From Eledone cirrhosa (Eukaryota), in assembly GCA_964016885.1 (NCBI GenBank), contig OZ024747.1, positions 63,488,001-63,552,000 of the forward strand: a stretch of 64,000 nt of DNA, in the 5' to 3' direction. Positions 27,296 to 41,994 of the stretch are shown here, piece after piece (positions within the stretch are counted from its first letter, which is position 1; every line of letters starts with the position of its first letter). The notes below the pieces were generated by a model. The model did not search any database and was not told the origin of the DNA. It worked only from the letters and a program-made list of their open reading frames with translations. The translations under genes and the position numbers were made by a program.

Positions 27296-28075
27296 TTAGA
27301 AAGTTAACAACAACAATAGCAACAACACCAAAATTAACAACAACACCAACATTAACAACAACAATAGCAACGATACCAAAATTAACAACAACAACAACAG
27401 TAACAACAATACCAAAATTAACAACAACAACAATAGCAACAATACCAAAATTAACAACAACAACAACAGTAGCAACAATACCAAAATTAACAACAACAAC
27501 AATAGCAACAATACCAAAATTAACAACAACAACAGTAGCAACAATACCAAAATTAACAACAACAACAATAGCAACAATACCAAAATTAACAACAACAACA
27601 ATAGCAACAATACCAAAATTAACAACAACAACAGTAGCAACAATACCAAAATTAACAACAACAACAATAGCAACAATACCAAAATTAACAACAACAACAA
27701 TAGCAACAATACCAAAATTAACAACAATAACAATAGCTGCAACACCAGCAGCATGACAACAACAACAACAACAATAGCTACAACACCAGCAGCATGACAA
27801 CAACAACAACAACAATAGCTACAACACCAGCAGCATGACAACAACAACAACAACAATAGCTACAACACCAGCAGCATGACAACAACAACAACAACAATAG
27901 CTACAACACCAGCAGCATGACAACAACAACAACAACAATAGCTACAACACCAGCAGCATGACAACAACAACAACAACAATAGCAACAATACCAGCAGCAT
28001 GACAACAACAACAACAACAATAGCTACAACACCAGCAGCATGACAACAACAACAACAACAATAGCTACAACACCA
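27296..28075. repeat. (CAA)-based compound minisatellite: 33/36-bp units (to about 27730) then 41-bp units
   Basis: Units acaacaacaacaatagcaacaataccaaaatta and acaacaacaacaacaacaatagctacaacaccagcagcatg. Confidence 0.93.
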
Positions 28076-28199
28076 CCACCACCACATCAACAACAACAGT
28101 AAACACTTGTAGTTTCGTTCATCAGTTTATCAGGCACTGACGAAAGTAGTCTCAGGAAACGATCTAGTTGCAAAATTCCAGGTAGCGATTCTTTTCACT

Positions 28200-29135
<936 letters not shown>

Positions 29136-29532
29136 TGCCATATATATACTACAGACTCCACAGACCACACGTGCATGAAAGATGAGTGAAATGTTATTTA
29201 GTTGTAGTTTTGAAAAAGGAAGCACCTCCCATCGTTCTCGTTGATTGGATCTTACCAATACATCAGCACTACTAGAGCCACTGCTCCTTCAACTATCAAG
29301 CCCACCACTACCATTTTCTCACTCTCTCTCTCACTCTCCAACCTGCTTTAATAGTGATGATATATATAATTTTTCACATTATATTTCTACTTTCACACAT
29401 ACATACATCTGTTTTTATTCAAACCCAAAACTAACAGTGTGCCACTCCATGCTTGCTTCTCCACAGACAAGTCACATCAATTACAATGTAAGAAGTTATT
29501 ATTGCTATATATATATATATATATACACACAC

Positions 29533-29580
<48 letters not shown>

Positions 29581-29617
29581 TATACAAATATAATATAACA
29601 TATATTTCATATATATA

Positions 29618-29662
<45 letters not shown>

Positions 29663-29729
29663 TATACAAATATAATATAACATATATTTCATATATATAT
29701 AATATTATATATATATAGATATATATATA

Positions 29730-29762
<33 letters not shown>

Positions 29763-31068
29763 CATTCTATTATTTTCTTCTAAGCTACTTTGCTGACAAT
29801 CTATATACATTTTGTTTCTTAGTAATATTTCCTTTTTTTATGCATATATTGCATTATATATAATGATTTCTGTTACATATATTATATTTTATTTTATACC
29901 AAATCTACTATATATGTTTAGATTTTTAATTATAATCTTTTAAATTCACTCTTTTGCATTAATAGATATTTGGTGCTTATTCAAATTTACAATTTTTATT
30001 TTTATCCCATATAGACACAAATTATATGTAAAGATATTTCATGTATGTGTATGTGAAGGAGTGTATGTTTGTATGTGTATTCATGTGTGTATGTAATAAT
30101 TTTATCTCTAAGAAAACTTTGTGTAAAACGTTCATAATCCTTGTTTTACATCATTTTTTCCCCCCATCAGTGATGTTCAATATTCAACATATGTTTTAAG
30201 TTTTAAAGAATAGTTTTACTGAATTCTCACACTACTATATCATTTTTCAAGATTAATTATATAGTTCATCTTTTTTATTATTAATATTGTGTATCAATAT
30301 ATATTTCCCAAATCCTTGCTTTCTATTTCTCTGTTTCAAAGACTCTAATGCATATCTATATTTGTTAACATAACTAAACACACAGACACACACACACAGA
30401 CACTCTCTCTCTCTTTCACACACACACAGACGCACTCACACATATATATATATATATTCACACATACACACTCTAGCATGTCTTTTATATATTATCATAA
30501 ACATTATCATACAGATTCACTCAAGTATACACCCATAAGTATATGTGCAGGAGGGCATATATGTATAGATGTGTGTGTACATATGATTGGCTATGTAAAC
30601 TTTCGCAAGTTACTTCATTAGTATTCTTACACTTCAATATTTAGTTTTAAAAACTTCATAAATTTGTAGAAAAAACATCATTAAAATAATTGTGAATTGT
30701 TTTCAGAGATTTATGAAGTATGATATGATATATTCTGTAAATATACAATTTATTTAAAAGCAAAAAAAAACAACAAACAAACATATGAAACTTTTCTTCT
30801 TTTAAAAATGATTTTAGCAAGTTTTACGAATGGTAAATTCTTTGATGCAGCATTAATACTCTAACGAGAGAGGACAGTACTGGATGCTTACATCGGAGTT
30901 TTTTGGGTTTTTTTCGGATTCTTTAAATTTGGATTTTTAAACCAGGATTGTCTGAAGAAGAAAAAGAAAAGTGAATATTCCATCTTTTCTGGATCGTTAT
31001 GCTTTGGATTTTCAAACATGGATTTTCTGATGACAATATGAATAATAATAATATTATTAATGCTAATA

Positions 31069-31099
<31 letters not shown>

Positions 31100-32277
31100 T
31101 TCTTCACTTTGGAATTCACTTGCTTTATTGGATTGCTATGATTTTATATTTGGATTTTCAAACATGGATTTAGAACCTTTGGATTGCTATATATATATAA
31201 TTTTTTTTATTCTAATGGCTTAGTCAGAGATGAAGGGTAACATATACAACCCTTTACCAGAGGCAAACTGGTTATATGGGCTTATAATTTGGGTATTCCC
31301 CACTAGATCATTGAACTGTGTAAAAAAAAAAATAATAATAAAAAAAAAGAGTGAGAGAGAGAAAAGAAAAACAGTTGAAAAGCATGCCAACCTGATAGGT
31401 GATGGATGCCAGGGCTTGTTTTATGATCCAGCACACTTCTTCCCTTCACAGTACCACTTAGAATTGTGGGGAGGAAGAGAGAAAGTTGTCCTTAGACCAA
31501 ATTGTACCCAAATATTTACAGGAAAGTGAAGGTTTATCCAGAGGCAGAAAGTAGCCGACATAGATCTTTACAGCACTACTTAAATTGGTGGTGGGGAGAA
31601 AGAAATTTATCTCTGGTTTTGGCCCAAATACTTACAGCTGAGTGAACCCTAATTAATTAACCTTTTTATAATTGTATTAACATGCTGCATTTCATTTAAT
31701 TAATGATGAATTTGGAAGGATTTACTAAAAAATTATTATTTCATCATTAATGTGGTATTTATACCAAAACTTAACAAAAGGTTCTTATTTCAAATTATCA
31801 AAGGTTTTAACTTGACCTATTCATGACCCTATTTTTAATGTAATGCACTCTATTTCAATTAATTAATGAAGAATTTTGAAGAGTTTACTAAAATGAGTAA
31901 TTATTTCATTACTAAGATAGTAACTTAATGTAAGGTTCTTATATAAAATTATGTTGGAAGATTTTAATATAAATTGGAAACCTTTAAAATATATATTTTA
32001 AGACTTTTGAGAAGAAATAATGGGATGAACACCAGAGTTAAGTCCTGTTTTATTTCTTCGTTGGTTTTTTATCTTTTTTTTTAAAAAGTTTTATTTGGCC
32101 TGGTCGGTAACAAAAGGGTTAAATAGGAACTGTTTAAAATTGGTGATTTTGTTTCATAGAACCAGAGGGGGCTTTGGATAGGTTAGTATCAGAAGCATTA
32201 AGACTACAAATATGTGTTTGTCTTTCATATAAATTCTTTTATTGTTTTATAATTGGATACTTTTTCAGTGACTATTG

Positions 32278-32320
<43 letters not shown>

Positions 32321-33441
32321 TATATATTTCCCTGAGACTATATGTATATATAAGTATATATTTTCCTGAGACTATATCATATATATATGTATATATTTTT
32401 CTGAGACTACATGTATATATATATTTATATATTTTCTCAGCAGTGACATAACTTTGATGAGAGTTTGGACTTCTTTCACTTAGAGACAGATATACTGCCA
32501 TGTTTTTTTGTTATTTTTCCTTCATACTTTTCCTTTCATCCTTGATAAAATATATAGTAGTCCAGGATTATTGGATTAGCAGAAATGTGAATGGGTTAAT
32601 ATCTGATCTAGCTCTGTGCATTATAGGTTCAAATTCTGCATCCTGTTGCCAGGACTTGTGACCAGCAGATAGTATCAGCAAGCCCAAAGGAAATCTAGTT
32701 TCTTTGGTCCGATTTCAGTTAATTACTTCCTTTACCTTTTAGGTTTCAATTCTTTCTTGTGACAAAAGATTTGTAGAATCATTAGAGGAGTATAGGACAA
32801 AATGCTTTGTGGTATTTATCCTGGTTTTCTGCACTTTGAGGTTAACTTCTATTGGGTCTATTGTGGTGGGTTGGGGGAATTGTTAGAGTAACAGATGAGA
32901 TACCATGTAGTATTTGTTTCAGCTCTTTGGTTTCTGAGTTCAAATTTCATAGTTGCCTACTTGATTTTTTTTACACATAATCTGTCACCAGATTTTACAT
33001 TACCACCTGGCCTTTGTGTGTCTTTACTGTGATCGTTTTTTCAAGAATTTAGGCATCCACCAGTCATTAAAGGCCTGAGAATCATCATAGACACAGCTCT
33101 TGCATTCATGACTAAAACAGTAAAACAAAAAACTAAAACATTGTAATATTAAGGATTACAGGCTGGGGATTAAAGCATTAGACAATAAACCTTACATCAT
33201 TTAGTTACACATCTTGATTGTCTGAGTTCCAATTCTGCTTGAAAGAACTTTGCAATTCATGTTGTGAAGGTTTTAAAAAAAATATGTATCAAAGGCACTG
33301 TCATAGTTGTTTGGTGAAGGAGTTTGCGTCTCATCTACATGGTCATGGTTTCACTCCTGCTGTGTGACACTTTGGATATGTGTCTTCATCAATACTTTAG
33401 ATTGACCAGTGCCTTGTAAGTGAAATTTGGTAGACAGAAAC

Positions 33442-33703
33442 ATTTTCTCATGCTCAGAGTTGCTGAAGCATGGAACAAACTACCTGCTTCAGTTGTTAGC
33501 TGTCGATACACTGCATCCTTCAAATCTCCCTTGCTTCCTGAAATTTGCTAACACTACACCTGATATTCCCTCTCCATACACATCCACACATGTATCTGTG
33601 TGTATGTCATAACTCATACAGTTAACGTTCCTGACATTTGAACATTATTCTATGTACTATACATGCACCTTTGATGAGTTTTTGCACCTGAGCACTGTAC
33701 AAA
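33442..33703 (+). mobile_element. CR1/L2-like LINE 3' fragment inserted in a family D SINE
   Basis: FLMLRVAEAWNKLPASVVSCRYTASFK C-terminal motif; (TAA)n tail; agaaac duplication at 33436-33441 and 33735-33740; other copies at about 60570-60820 (-) and 56465-56590 (-). Confidence 0.75.
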
Positions 33704-33776
33704 TAATAATAATAATAATAATTATTATTATTATAGAAACTATAGAAGCCCATTGTATGTATATAAATATATATAT

Positions 33777-34126
33777 GGAGGCACATGGCTTAGTGGTTAG
33801 AGCATTGGCCTTGCAATCGAAAGGTTGTGAGTTCAATTCTCAGACCGGGTGATGTGTTGTTTCCTTGAGCAAGACACTTTATTTCACATTGCTCCAGTTT
33901 ACTCAGCTGTAGAAATGAGATGATAGGGACTGGGGTCCCTATCATTCCACTGTAAAGTGGTCGTGGAGGTGCCACGGCAAAAAAGCACCCAGCACTCACT
34001 GTAAATGAGGTTGGTGTTAGGAAGGGCATTTAGCTGTAGAAATCAAGCCAGAATCAGTTCCCGTCCCACCCTTGCAAGTATGGAAAAGTGGACGTAAAAT
34101 GAAATGATGATGATGATGATGATGAT
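33777..34126 (+). mobile_element. Young SINE family B: tRNA head + core + bipartite RTE tail
   Basis: tggcttagtgg A-box, gagttcaattc B-box, ggaagggcat motif, cccgtcccacccttgcaag...ggacgtaaaat(gat)n matching the LINE 3' end. Confidence 0.88.
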
Positions 34127-35267
34127 ATATCACATAGTGATTTGACAAAAAGTTATTAGTAAAAGTACAATATTTGAAAAAGTAAGTACTTGGGTGAATG
34201 TGATCATTTAATGTCTGAAACCAGTAAAATAAAGAGTAATGTATCGGGGTTGATATAATCAGTGTGCCTATGTTAGAAATCAATACAAAACTATATTCAC
34301 CTTTTGAAAAAAACTTGTTAGAAACTTCCTCTGGTTCTAGGATATAAAACTGTTTATTTTAAAGTGTTTATATTTATTTAAAACCCTCCTATCATAATTT
34401 TATGTAATAAGCTTTGTGAAGAGGTGTTCGTGGTTGTGATGGTGAGAAGTGGTGCTGGTGTTCCAAGCACCAAATAAATAATGAAAAAGTTATATTACTA
34501 AATCCTTGCAAATTCTTGAATATTTTCAAAATTATTTGTAAAGAATAGACATTGTCTTTCAATAGAAATATGATAACAAAGGGTTAAGCTATTCTGCAGA
34601 ATATAAAATTCTAGGAGACTCTCATTGATTATTTGGTTGTACTATTTTATGATGGAACATTTTTGGCAATCTGCAATCTAAAAGACATCCAGCTCTAGCC
34701 ATAGAAACATTGCCAAATATAGAACTTAAGAGTCAAGACATGGATACCCAACCAGTCTACTCTCAAATAATGTTAACTCCTCCAACCCATGCCAGCATGG
34801 GAAGCAATCAGAAAATGATGATGTTGGCTGTGATAAAGATCAATTCCATTAGAATATAACTAATCATCTCACAATGTTGATTTATAACGAAACACTTTTG
34901 TTCAATCTGCAATTCATTGTCAGGAGGTGGGGTGGATGTTGCTAACCAAACTCCATGACAATGCCTTCACTATTTTGTCAGCAGGCCACAGCTGAAACAT
35001 ACTGTTCAGACTGGGGTGTAGAGTCTGTTGCTCCCTTTCCTTTTCCTTTTCTTTCGTTGCTTAACTCTTTAGCATTTACATTACTCTATATTTACTATTA
35101 TATTTTCATGGTAAACGCTTTCCCTCACAAAATTATCTCACATAATATCAAATCTATGAGATTTTGATATTATTTGTTTTGAGAACAATACCTTAACACC
35201 ATTATGAGGGGCTGGTTACAATTTATATTGTTCAGTTTTTATCAAATTTTCTCTTTAGATTGTGATG

Positions 35268-35580
35268 GCTCATGGCTTTGTGGTTAGGGTATTAGGCTTA
35301 CAATCGTAAGAATGTGAGTTCAATTCCTGACAGTGCGTTGTGTCCTTGAGCAAGACACTTTATTTCACATTGCTCCAGTCCACTCAGCTGGCAAAAGTGA
35401 GTTGTACCTGCACTTTGAATGGCCAGCCTTGTTACATGTTGTGACATGCTGAATCTCCCTGACAACTACATTAAGGGTATGAGAGTCTGTGGAATACTCA
35501 GCCACTTGCACATTAATTCAATGAGGTGACTGTTCCATTGATCGGATCAACTGGAACACTCAACCAGTGAAGTCCTTAGT
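35268..35580 (+). mobile_element. SINE family B variant with a different 3' half
   Basis: Same head and gtccttgagcaagacactttatttcacattgctccagt core. Confidence 0.75.
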
Positions 35581-35867
35581 TCTCTTTAGATTAATAAACG
35601 TTTTGCCTTTTTTCTTAAAAAAAAATTAATATTTCTAGGAAATGTGTATAAACCTGATATTTTTCATAATTATTGTTTCATAAATTTCAATTACAAAGTA
35701 ACTCAGAAAAATTAACCTTTTTGAAAAAAATTAAAATTGAATTTACAAATAAATATAGTATTTGTTTCATGTTTTTCTTCTTTTTATTGTTCAAAGAAAA
35801 CAAGTTATAACAAAAGGAAATATGATTCTAATATAGAGTAAAACTTCATCTGTTTATATATAAGTAT

Positions 35868-36047
35868 AGAAAGTGCTCAAGTGCACAAATGCTATAAAGA
35901 TAGCTTATAAAATAGGGTTAAGGCCCTTAAAAGATAAAAAAAGAATTTGCCAATGACCACTATGGCATATTATTTTTCCATCTTTTAAGGTTCTTCAACC
36001 TACTTTATAAGCTATCTTTATAGCATTTCTGCACTTGAGCACTTTCT
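35868..36047. repeat. Fold-back hairpin (arms 35868-35952 / 35963-36047) flanked by TA runs
   Basis: agaaagtgctcaagtgca...gctataaagatagcttataaa pairs with tttataagctatctttatagc...tgcacttgagcactttct. Confidence 0.85.
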
Positions 36048-36290
36048 TAATAGTTATATATATATACATATATTCTCACCACTTCAAAAGCCGAATGTTC
36101 GGCTTTGTACATTGTTTGTTTGTTCATCTGTTTCATTTCAAAGGTGCAGGCACGACTTTGTGGTTAAAATGTTTGCATTACAACCACATAATTCTATGTT
36201 AAGGTCCACTCCTAGCATTTTGGGCAAGTGTTTTCTTTTTCACTGCTCCAAATAATGACGTATTATATTCGTTTTTTCCCGCTCTTTGCC

Positions 36291-36533
36291 AGGGAACGTT
36301 TCCACGAACCAATGTATCGTCTTCCTGTCTTCCTCCGGTTGCAACGTTTTTTGAAATATTCACTTCTAGGGAACGTTTCCATGAACCAATGTATCGTCTT
36401 CCTGTCTTCCTCCGGTTGCAACGTTTTTTTAAATATTCACTTCTGCGTTCGCAGATTGACTTTGTTAGTTTCAGAAGATCCCGTTAAGGGTGAAAGCAGC
36501 GATTCTTTGCTTAATCTTTAATTTGTTATTTTA

Positions 36534-36540
<7 letters not shown>
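36291..36540 (+). mobile_element. Penelope-like terminal fragment: 77-bp tandem duplication, degenerate hammerhead (36472-36495), then (TA)n
   Basis: 36291-36367 repeated at 36368-36444; CAGAAGA-U-CCC-GUUAA-GGG-U-GAAA. Confidence 0.55.
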
Positions 36541-36622
<82 letters not shown>

Positions 36623-36664
36623 TGTGTGTGTGCTTATGTGTATGAATGTGTGTGTGTGTGTGCA

Positions 36665-36963
36665 AAGCTGGATTTATACTTTGGGAGACTCAGGGCAATT
36701 CAGGTTTGGAGGTGAGGTTCGCTCATACACAGAAAATTAGAATACACAGCAAACTCCATAATTTTACATATCAAAGTAAGCTTGGTACAAGTAACTGGAA
36801 TTGAAAAGTTATACATACAGGTATTAAATTAAAACTAACCACGTTCAAACTAAAAAGCCCAGCTGAGGGCACAAATAAATTGCTATGGTTGTTGCTGGTG
36901 GGGCCCCCCACTGCAGGGGCGCAGGGCAATTGCCCCTTTTGCCCCTCATTAAATATGGCCCCG
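36665..36963 (-). mobile_element. hAT-type MITE, same family as 15927
   Basis: gctggattta ... taaatatggccccg termini; shared internal sequence. Confidence 0.75.
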
Positions 36964-37023
36964 TGTTTGTGTGGGTGCTATGTATATGAACGTGTGTGTG
37001 TGTGCACATATATGTGTATGTGT

Positions 37024-37270
37024 GTCACGACAAAAAAACACACAGTCCACGCTGTAATGTGGCCGTGTAGGCAACACGGTAAAAACCTCCCAGCCCCACA
37101 CTGTAAATGTGGTTGGTGTTAGGAAGGGCATCCAGCTGTAGAAAACCCGCCAGACAGTCCTATGCGAGCAATGACAACCACTTTTGCCTCAAGTGGGAAA
37201 ACTCCCGTCCAAACCCATGCAAGCGTGGAACATGGACGTTAAACGATGATGATGATGATGATGATGATGA
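37024..37270 (+). mobile_element. Family C bipartite RTE-derived element
   Basis: Reverse complement of 14192-14432; (GAT)n tail. Related copies at about 1400-1680, 42190-42368, 44490-44695, 48790-48995, 51030-51260. Confidence 0.8.
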
Positions 37271-37594
37271 TATATATATATATATATGTGTGTGTGTAAC
37301 CCACTGAACACTGTTTAGAAATCAAGCAGTGTGTGGTGTGGATGATAGTGGTGGTAGTAATGATGATGATGGTAGTAGTTTTGGTGATGGTAATAATGGT
37401 GGTGGTGGTGGTGTTGGTAGTGGAGGTCATTACTCTCATCATTGTTGTTGGTATTATGTTAGCTGTGATGCTGTTGGTAGTGATGATGGTGATGATAATG
37501 ATGATTCCTATGTAACATTTTATTTACCAGCTCTTTTAATATCATAATGATTTGTAGATATTTTGTTTCACCTTTGATGTTACATAATTTCATT

Positions 37595-37733
37595 TATTAT
37601 ATATATGTGTACATATATATATATATCTATATATGTATACATATATATGTATATATGTATACATATATATATATGTATATATACATATATATATATAATT
37701 ATACATATATATGTATATATGTATACATATATA

Positions 37734-37766
<33 letters not shown>

Positions 37767-37788
37767 GTATACATATATACATATATGT

Positions 37789-37843
<55 letters not shown>

Positions 37844-38098
37844 TATATGTATACATATATATATATATGTGTATACATATATGTATACACATATGTATAC
37901 ATATATATACATATACATATATATATACACATATATATACATATATATATACACATATATATACATTTATATACACATATATATACATATATATATATAT
38001 ACATACATACATATATATATATATAAATACAGGCACACACACACACATGCACACACACACACACACAGAAAGACACACACACAGACAGAGAGAGAGAG
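37595..38098. repeat. Compound TA/TACA/CA/GA microsatellite
   Basis: Direct reading. Confidence 0.95.
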
Positions 38099-39152
38099 GT
38101 ATCAATGAAATCTAATTTTAACATAATCTTTCTCTGGTATATGAAATTTCTTCAATATAAATATTCAAGTTTTTTGTTATTTTATTTACCATGTTTGAGT
38201 GCGTTGAACAAGTTTCAAATATTTTCACTTCACAAAATCAATTTCTTTTCCCATTTAATATCGATATTATTTTCAATAACGTTGTTGAGCTTGCTTAGAT
38301 TTAAACCATATATTTTGAATGGAGGTTCTATAGGTCCAATAGATAAGGCACATGTTGACTTTTTCATGTCATATTTTTGTGGGTAAAGGTGCAATTAATA
38401 GACATATGTAACATGTGTTTCAATGTCATTTCTTCTACTGATACAGTAGTTTACTTTGCATGTCTTATGTCAGACTTGATATTCAGCATGGGGTTCTTAT
38501 AGCCAGATATTTTTCTTGGCACCGACCCTTATAGCCAGCTCTTACAACAGGCAGATGTGGTGTATCTATTTTAAATCAAATACACATAGCAAGTAGACAA
38601 TGATAATCATTATCTTTTAATGTCTATTTTCCCTACTAGAAAACGTTGAGCCCATACTGAAGCAGAGCTACTGGCCTCACAGATGGGCTGGAGGCATATA
38701 TCTCGCTGACATATATTGACACATTCTACCAAGTGTATTTTATGACAACCCCAGGATTAGGGATGTTGTCATGTCTTTGATACACCTGAAGAGTCTGCTT
38801 GACACTTTGTTTGGCAGGTTTTATATAGCTGGATGCCCTTCCTATCACCAACCATGTTATAGAGTGTACTGGCTTTTGACTTCCACATTTGGTTCTAGAA
38901 AATTTTACAGCCACACCCTGATAAAGGTTTCTATTGGGGGCTAAATTTAGTGAGGGACTGAACACTTAGGCATCGTGAAGTATTCCTAAGGCCCATTGAA
39001 ATGCCATGATAAACACACAGTTAAATGTCTTAAGTAGTACCCCAACCACTGGCTGCATCTGTTATTGGAACTTAATTAATGGATATATGATAATTAATAT
39101 AACAAATGTTTCTATTATTTGAATTGAATTTGTTTTTTGTTTATCTCTGCAG

Positions 39153-39230
39153 GTTTTTAACAAAGTTTCCAGCTATGCCAGCCTTCAGTTGGGAACTTCA
39201 TCAGATTCTGCGGTATCAACGGGTGTTAGT
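39153..39230 (+). other. Candidate 78-nt spliced exon of an unidentified host gene
   Basis: Acceptor ttttttgtttatctctgcag, donor gtaagt, length divisible by 3, unique sequence; two open frames (VFNKVSSYASLQLGTSSDSAVSTGVS or FLTKFPAMPAFSWELHQILRYQRVL). Confidence 0.6.
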
Positions 39231-40254
39231 GTAAGTAGAAAACTTTTATTTTTATTGATTTTTCAAACTAACAGGCAACCTTTATGCTTTTATCTTTATT
39301 TATTGTTGTTATATTGTCAAAAAGGCAGTGAATTAACACTGTCATTTGAATTCAGATATGATGTGGCGCTCTGTACTTTGAGTTCAGATCCTGCTGAGGT
39401 CAACTTTAACGTTCATACTTTCTAGGTCAATAAAAACAAAGTAACAGCCCAGTATTGGAGTTGATTCTTCTTCTATATCTCTTTCTCAATTCCTCTCTAT
39501 CATTCTTTCACCTTTACCCGAAAAAATTGGGTGTATTCAGACCTGGAGAGAGATAAGATTCACTAGGTTTAAAATGCTTGTATGTCAACATAGTACCCCT
39601 AAAACTGCACCAGCAATTACAGGTTCATAGATAAATACTATAAAAAAAAAGCCATAGTGTTAGAAGGGTTATTTTTACATTACTTCAGTTCATGCTGCTG
39701 AAGGAAACAGAGGGCAGCAATTATTTGGGAAAGTTAACTGTGATAGACTATTATTCTATCCAGGGAGAGATTTATATTCACCTGGAACATTGTGCTATCT
39801 AGTATAGTACCAGCACAAAAAGAAAATATCTTACATTGGATTGGAAGAGTTCCAATGAATATAATAAGCTAGAGCATGGTTTAGCTAAATTATCATCATA
39901 TACTTTGTGTCAGGTTCAGTCCCATTGTGTGGCACCTTAGTTAAGTTTTATCTATTCAGTTCAAGTACACTGTAGAAGATCGCTCTGATATAATGCCTGT
40001 GACATTGTTTGCATCCAATGATGTAGACCAGTTCTACTTTTTGGATAAATGTATTTGATGTTCAGAGAGTGGGATTTGCTACATGCAAAGCCTTTCCTCA
40101 CTTAAAAAAGCTTCAAGCACAAGCATTGCTTGATATGTGACTTGTTCTCTGATGTATGGCATTGCTGGTTGCTGGCCATAGGCAAGTCCCTAGCATGACT
40201 AAAAAGCCACATCCAGGATGTTCATGTTTAAGTATCAAGCAATGGCATTACTCG

Positions 40255-40294
<40 letters not shown>

Positions 40295-40599
40295 TGTGTG
40301 TGTGTGTATGTGTGTGTATGTATATATATGTGTGTGTGTATATATATATATATGTACATGTGTATGTGCATACATAATGACATACATACAAGGCTTCATT
40401 GAACAAACATTGAAACAAATTCAATATGTGATTAGAGGTGTATATGAATTATTAAAGTTGTAAATTCACAGTAACACAAGGGACTGGCACTTCATGCTTA
40501 AGGGCACTAATCAAGTAATCACTTCCTAAATACTCTTAGGGACATACCTCTAGGTCAATGAATCACTATATAGCATTACAACTATAACAATGTGTTTAT

Positions 40600-40631
<32 letters not shown>

Positions 40632-40684
40632 GGCTTCTACAAGACTAGAACTGTTTCATTCAAAGGAAATCATCAGGAAAGCCG
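40632..40684 (-). ncRNA. Type I hammerhead ribozyme motif
   Basis: Minus strand: GGCUUUC-CUGAUGA-U-UUC-CUUU-GAA-U-GAAA-CAG-UUCUAGUC-UUG-UA-GAAGCC. Confidence 0.72.
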
Positions 40685-40805
40685 TGATGATTTCCTTCGA
40701 ATAAAACAGTTCTTGTCTTGTAAAAGCCGTTTCTATATTAAATATTTATACTCTGCTATGTATTGAGTACTTTATTTACTGTAGTTACCTTCAATTGAAT
40801 CCGAG

Positions 40806-40806
<1 letters not shown>
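40632..40806 (+). mobile_element. Fold-back mini-element in (TA)n (arms 40632-40675 / 40685-40728 plus tail)
   Basis: ggcttctacaagactagaactgtttcattcaaaggaaatcatca pairs with tgatgatttccttcgaataaaacagttcttgtcttgtaaaagcc. Confidence 0.82.
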
Positions 40807-40834
<28 letters not shown>

Positions 40835-40843
<9 letters not shown>

Positions 40844-41013
40844 AGATTCAGGACCCGGGCAGCTGAACTCCGGCTGTTTTTACAGCAAGTCAAAATGGCC
40901 AGAGCTCAGCCGTTGGGGTCCTGAATCTTTTCATATTACCCACTCTACTACCTCCCAAATTGAGTACTCCGGTAAGTTATGGTCCACTTGGTTTTTTTAC
41001 CACACCCTACCTG
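40835..41013 (+). mobile_element. Fold-back mini-element in (TA)n, relative of 22427
   Basis: atatgaaaagattcaggaccc pairs with gggtcctgaatcttttcatat; tail tattacccactctactac...ttgagtact...gttatggtccacttggtt...ttaccaca shared with 22540-22612. Confidence 0.8.
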
Positions 41014-41050
<37 letters not shown>

Positions 41051-41898
41051 TATATGTGTGTGTGCATATATATATATAATTCTACACTTAAGTGTAGAAT
41101 TATATATACATACATATACACACACACACACATATATTTACATATCTATATATTATGTATATAGAATATCACAAATTTTATATATGTTTAGATTGATATA
41201 TATTATTAGAATTAACATATACTTTCCTCCAAAAGAAACAGTTAGTCCAACTGATTCCATTTCGTTGATAAGCCTAGCTATTGGAGAAGTATTCTTATCT
41301 TTTAATTTTTAAAAATAAAAATATAAATCGTATGTATATTCCTCACGGTTTGCTAAACCTAAAAGATAGTTCAACAGACATGAATATTTATAAGTAATTA
41401 TCTAACAGACCAAATAATGTATCAGTTTAATTAGATTTTGTGGATGTAAAAAATAAAAAGCTATTAAATCTGAATTAGAAAGTTTCTCCTTGTAAATAGA
41501 TCTAATAATGATTTAGTATCAATTAGATGTTGTATCAGAGATATCTGATTACACACTCACCTAAAGAGTTTTAGTTTATATATCATAGAATTAGTTGCTT
41601 TACATTCCTTTTTTCTGTCACTCATATTCAAGTTTTACATATTTTGTGTATATGTGTACTTTTGATGTAAATGATTATATATATATATTTTCAATCATAT
41701 TTTATTATTTGTTTGACCCGAATAGCTTGGTCGTTTCTGTGGCTTTGCGGATAATGGTTTAACCATCGTCTCAGTGTGTTTGGCCTTTTAATGTACGTTG
41801 TTGCTCTAGTTCACTAATTTCTATGTATGCCACACATCTCGGAAGTTGTTTTTCGCTACTTTCCAATAGCCGAAATGCGATTCTCGTTAATTTATATT

Positions 41899-41994
<96 letters not shown>

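Noticed and set aside
27282-28096. Hydrophobic minus-strand ORFs (VVVVNFGIVA repeats, poly-Leu)
   Set aside because: Antisense reading of the CAA minisatellite; no splice or other coding support.
28137-28170. ctgacga...gaaac hammerhead-like core
   Set aside because: Stem II does not pair and no stem I or III can be built; likely chance.
33777-33850. tRNA gene
   Set aside because: A/B boxes belong to a SINE head that continues into core and tail; no complete cloverleaf could be supported.
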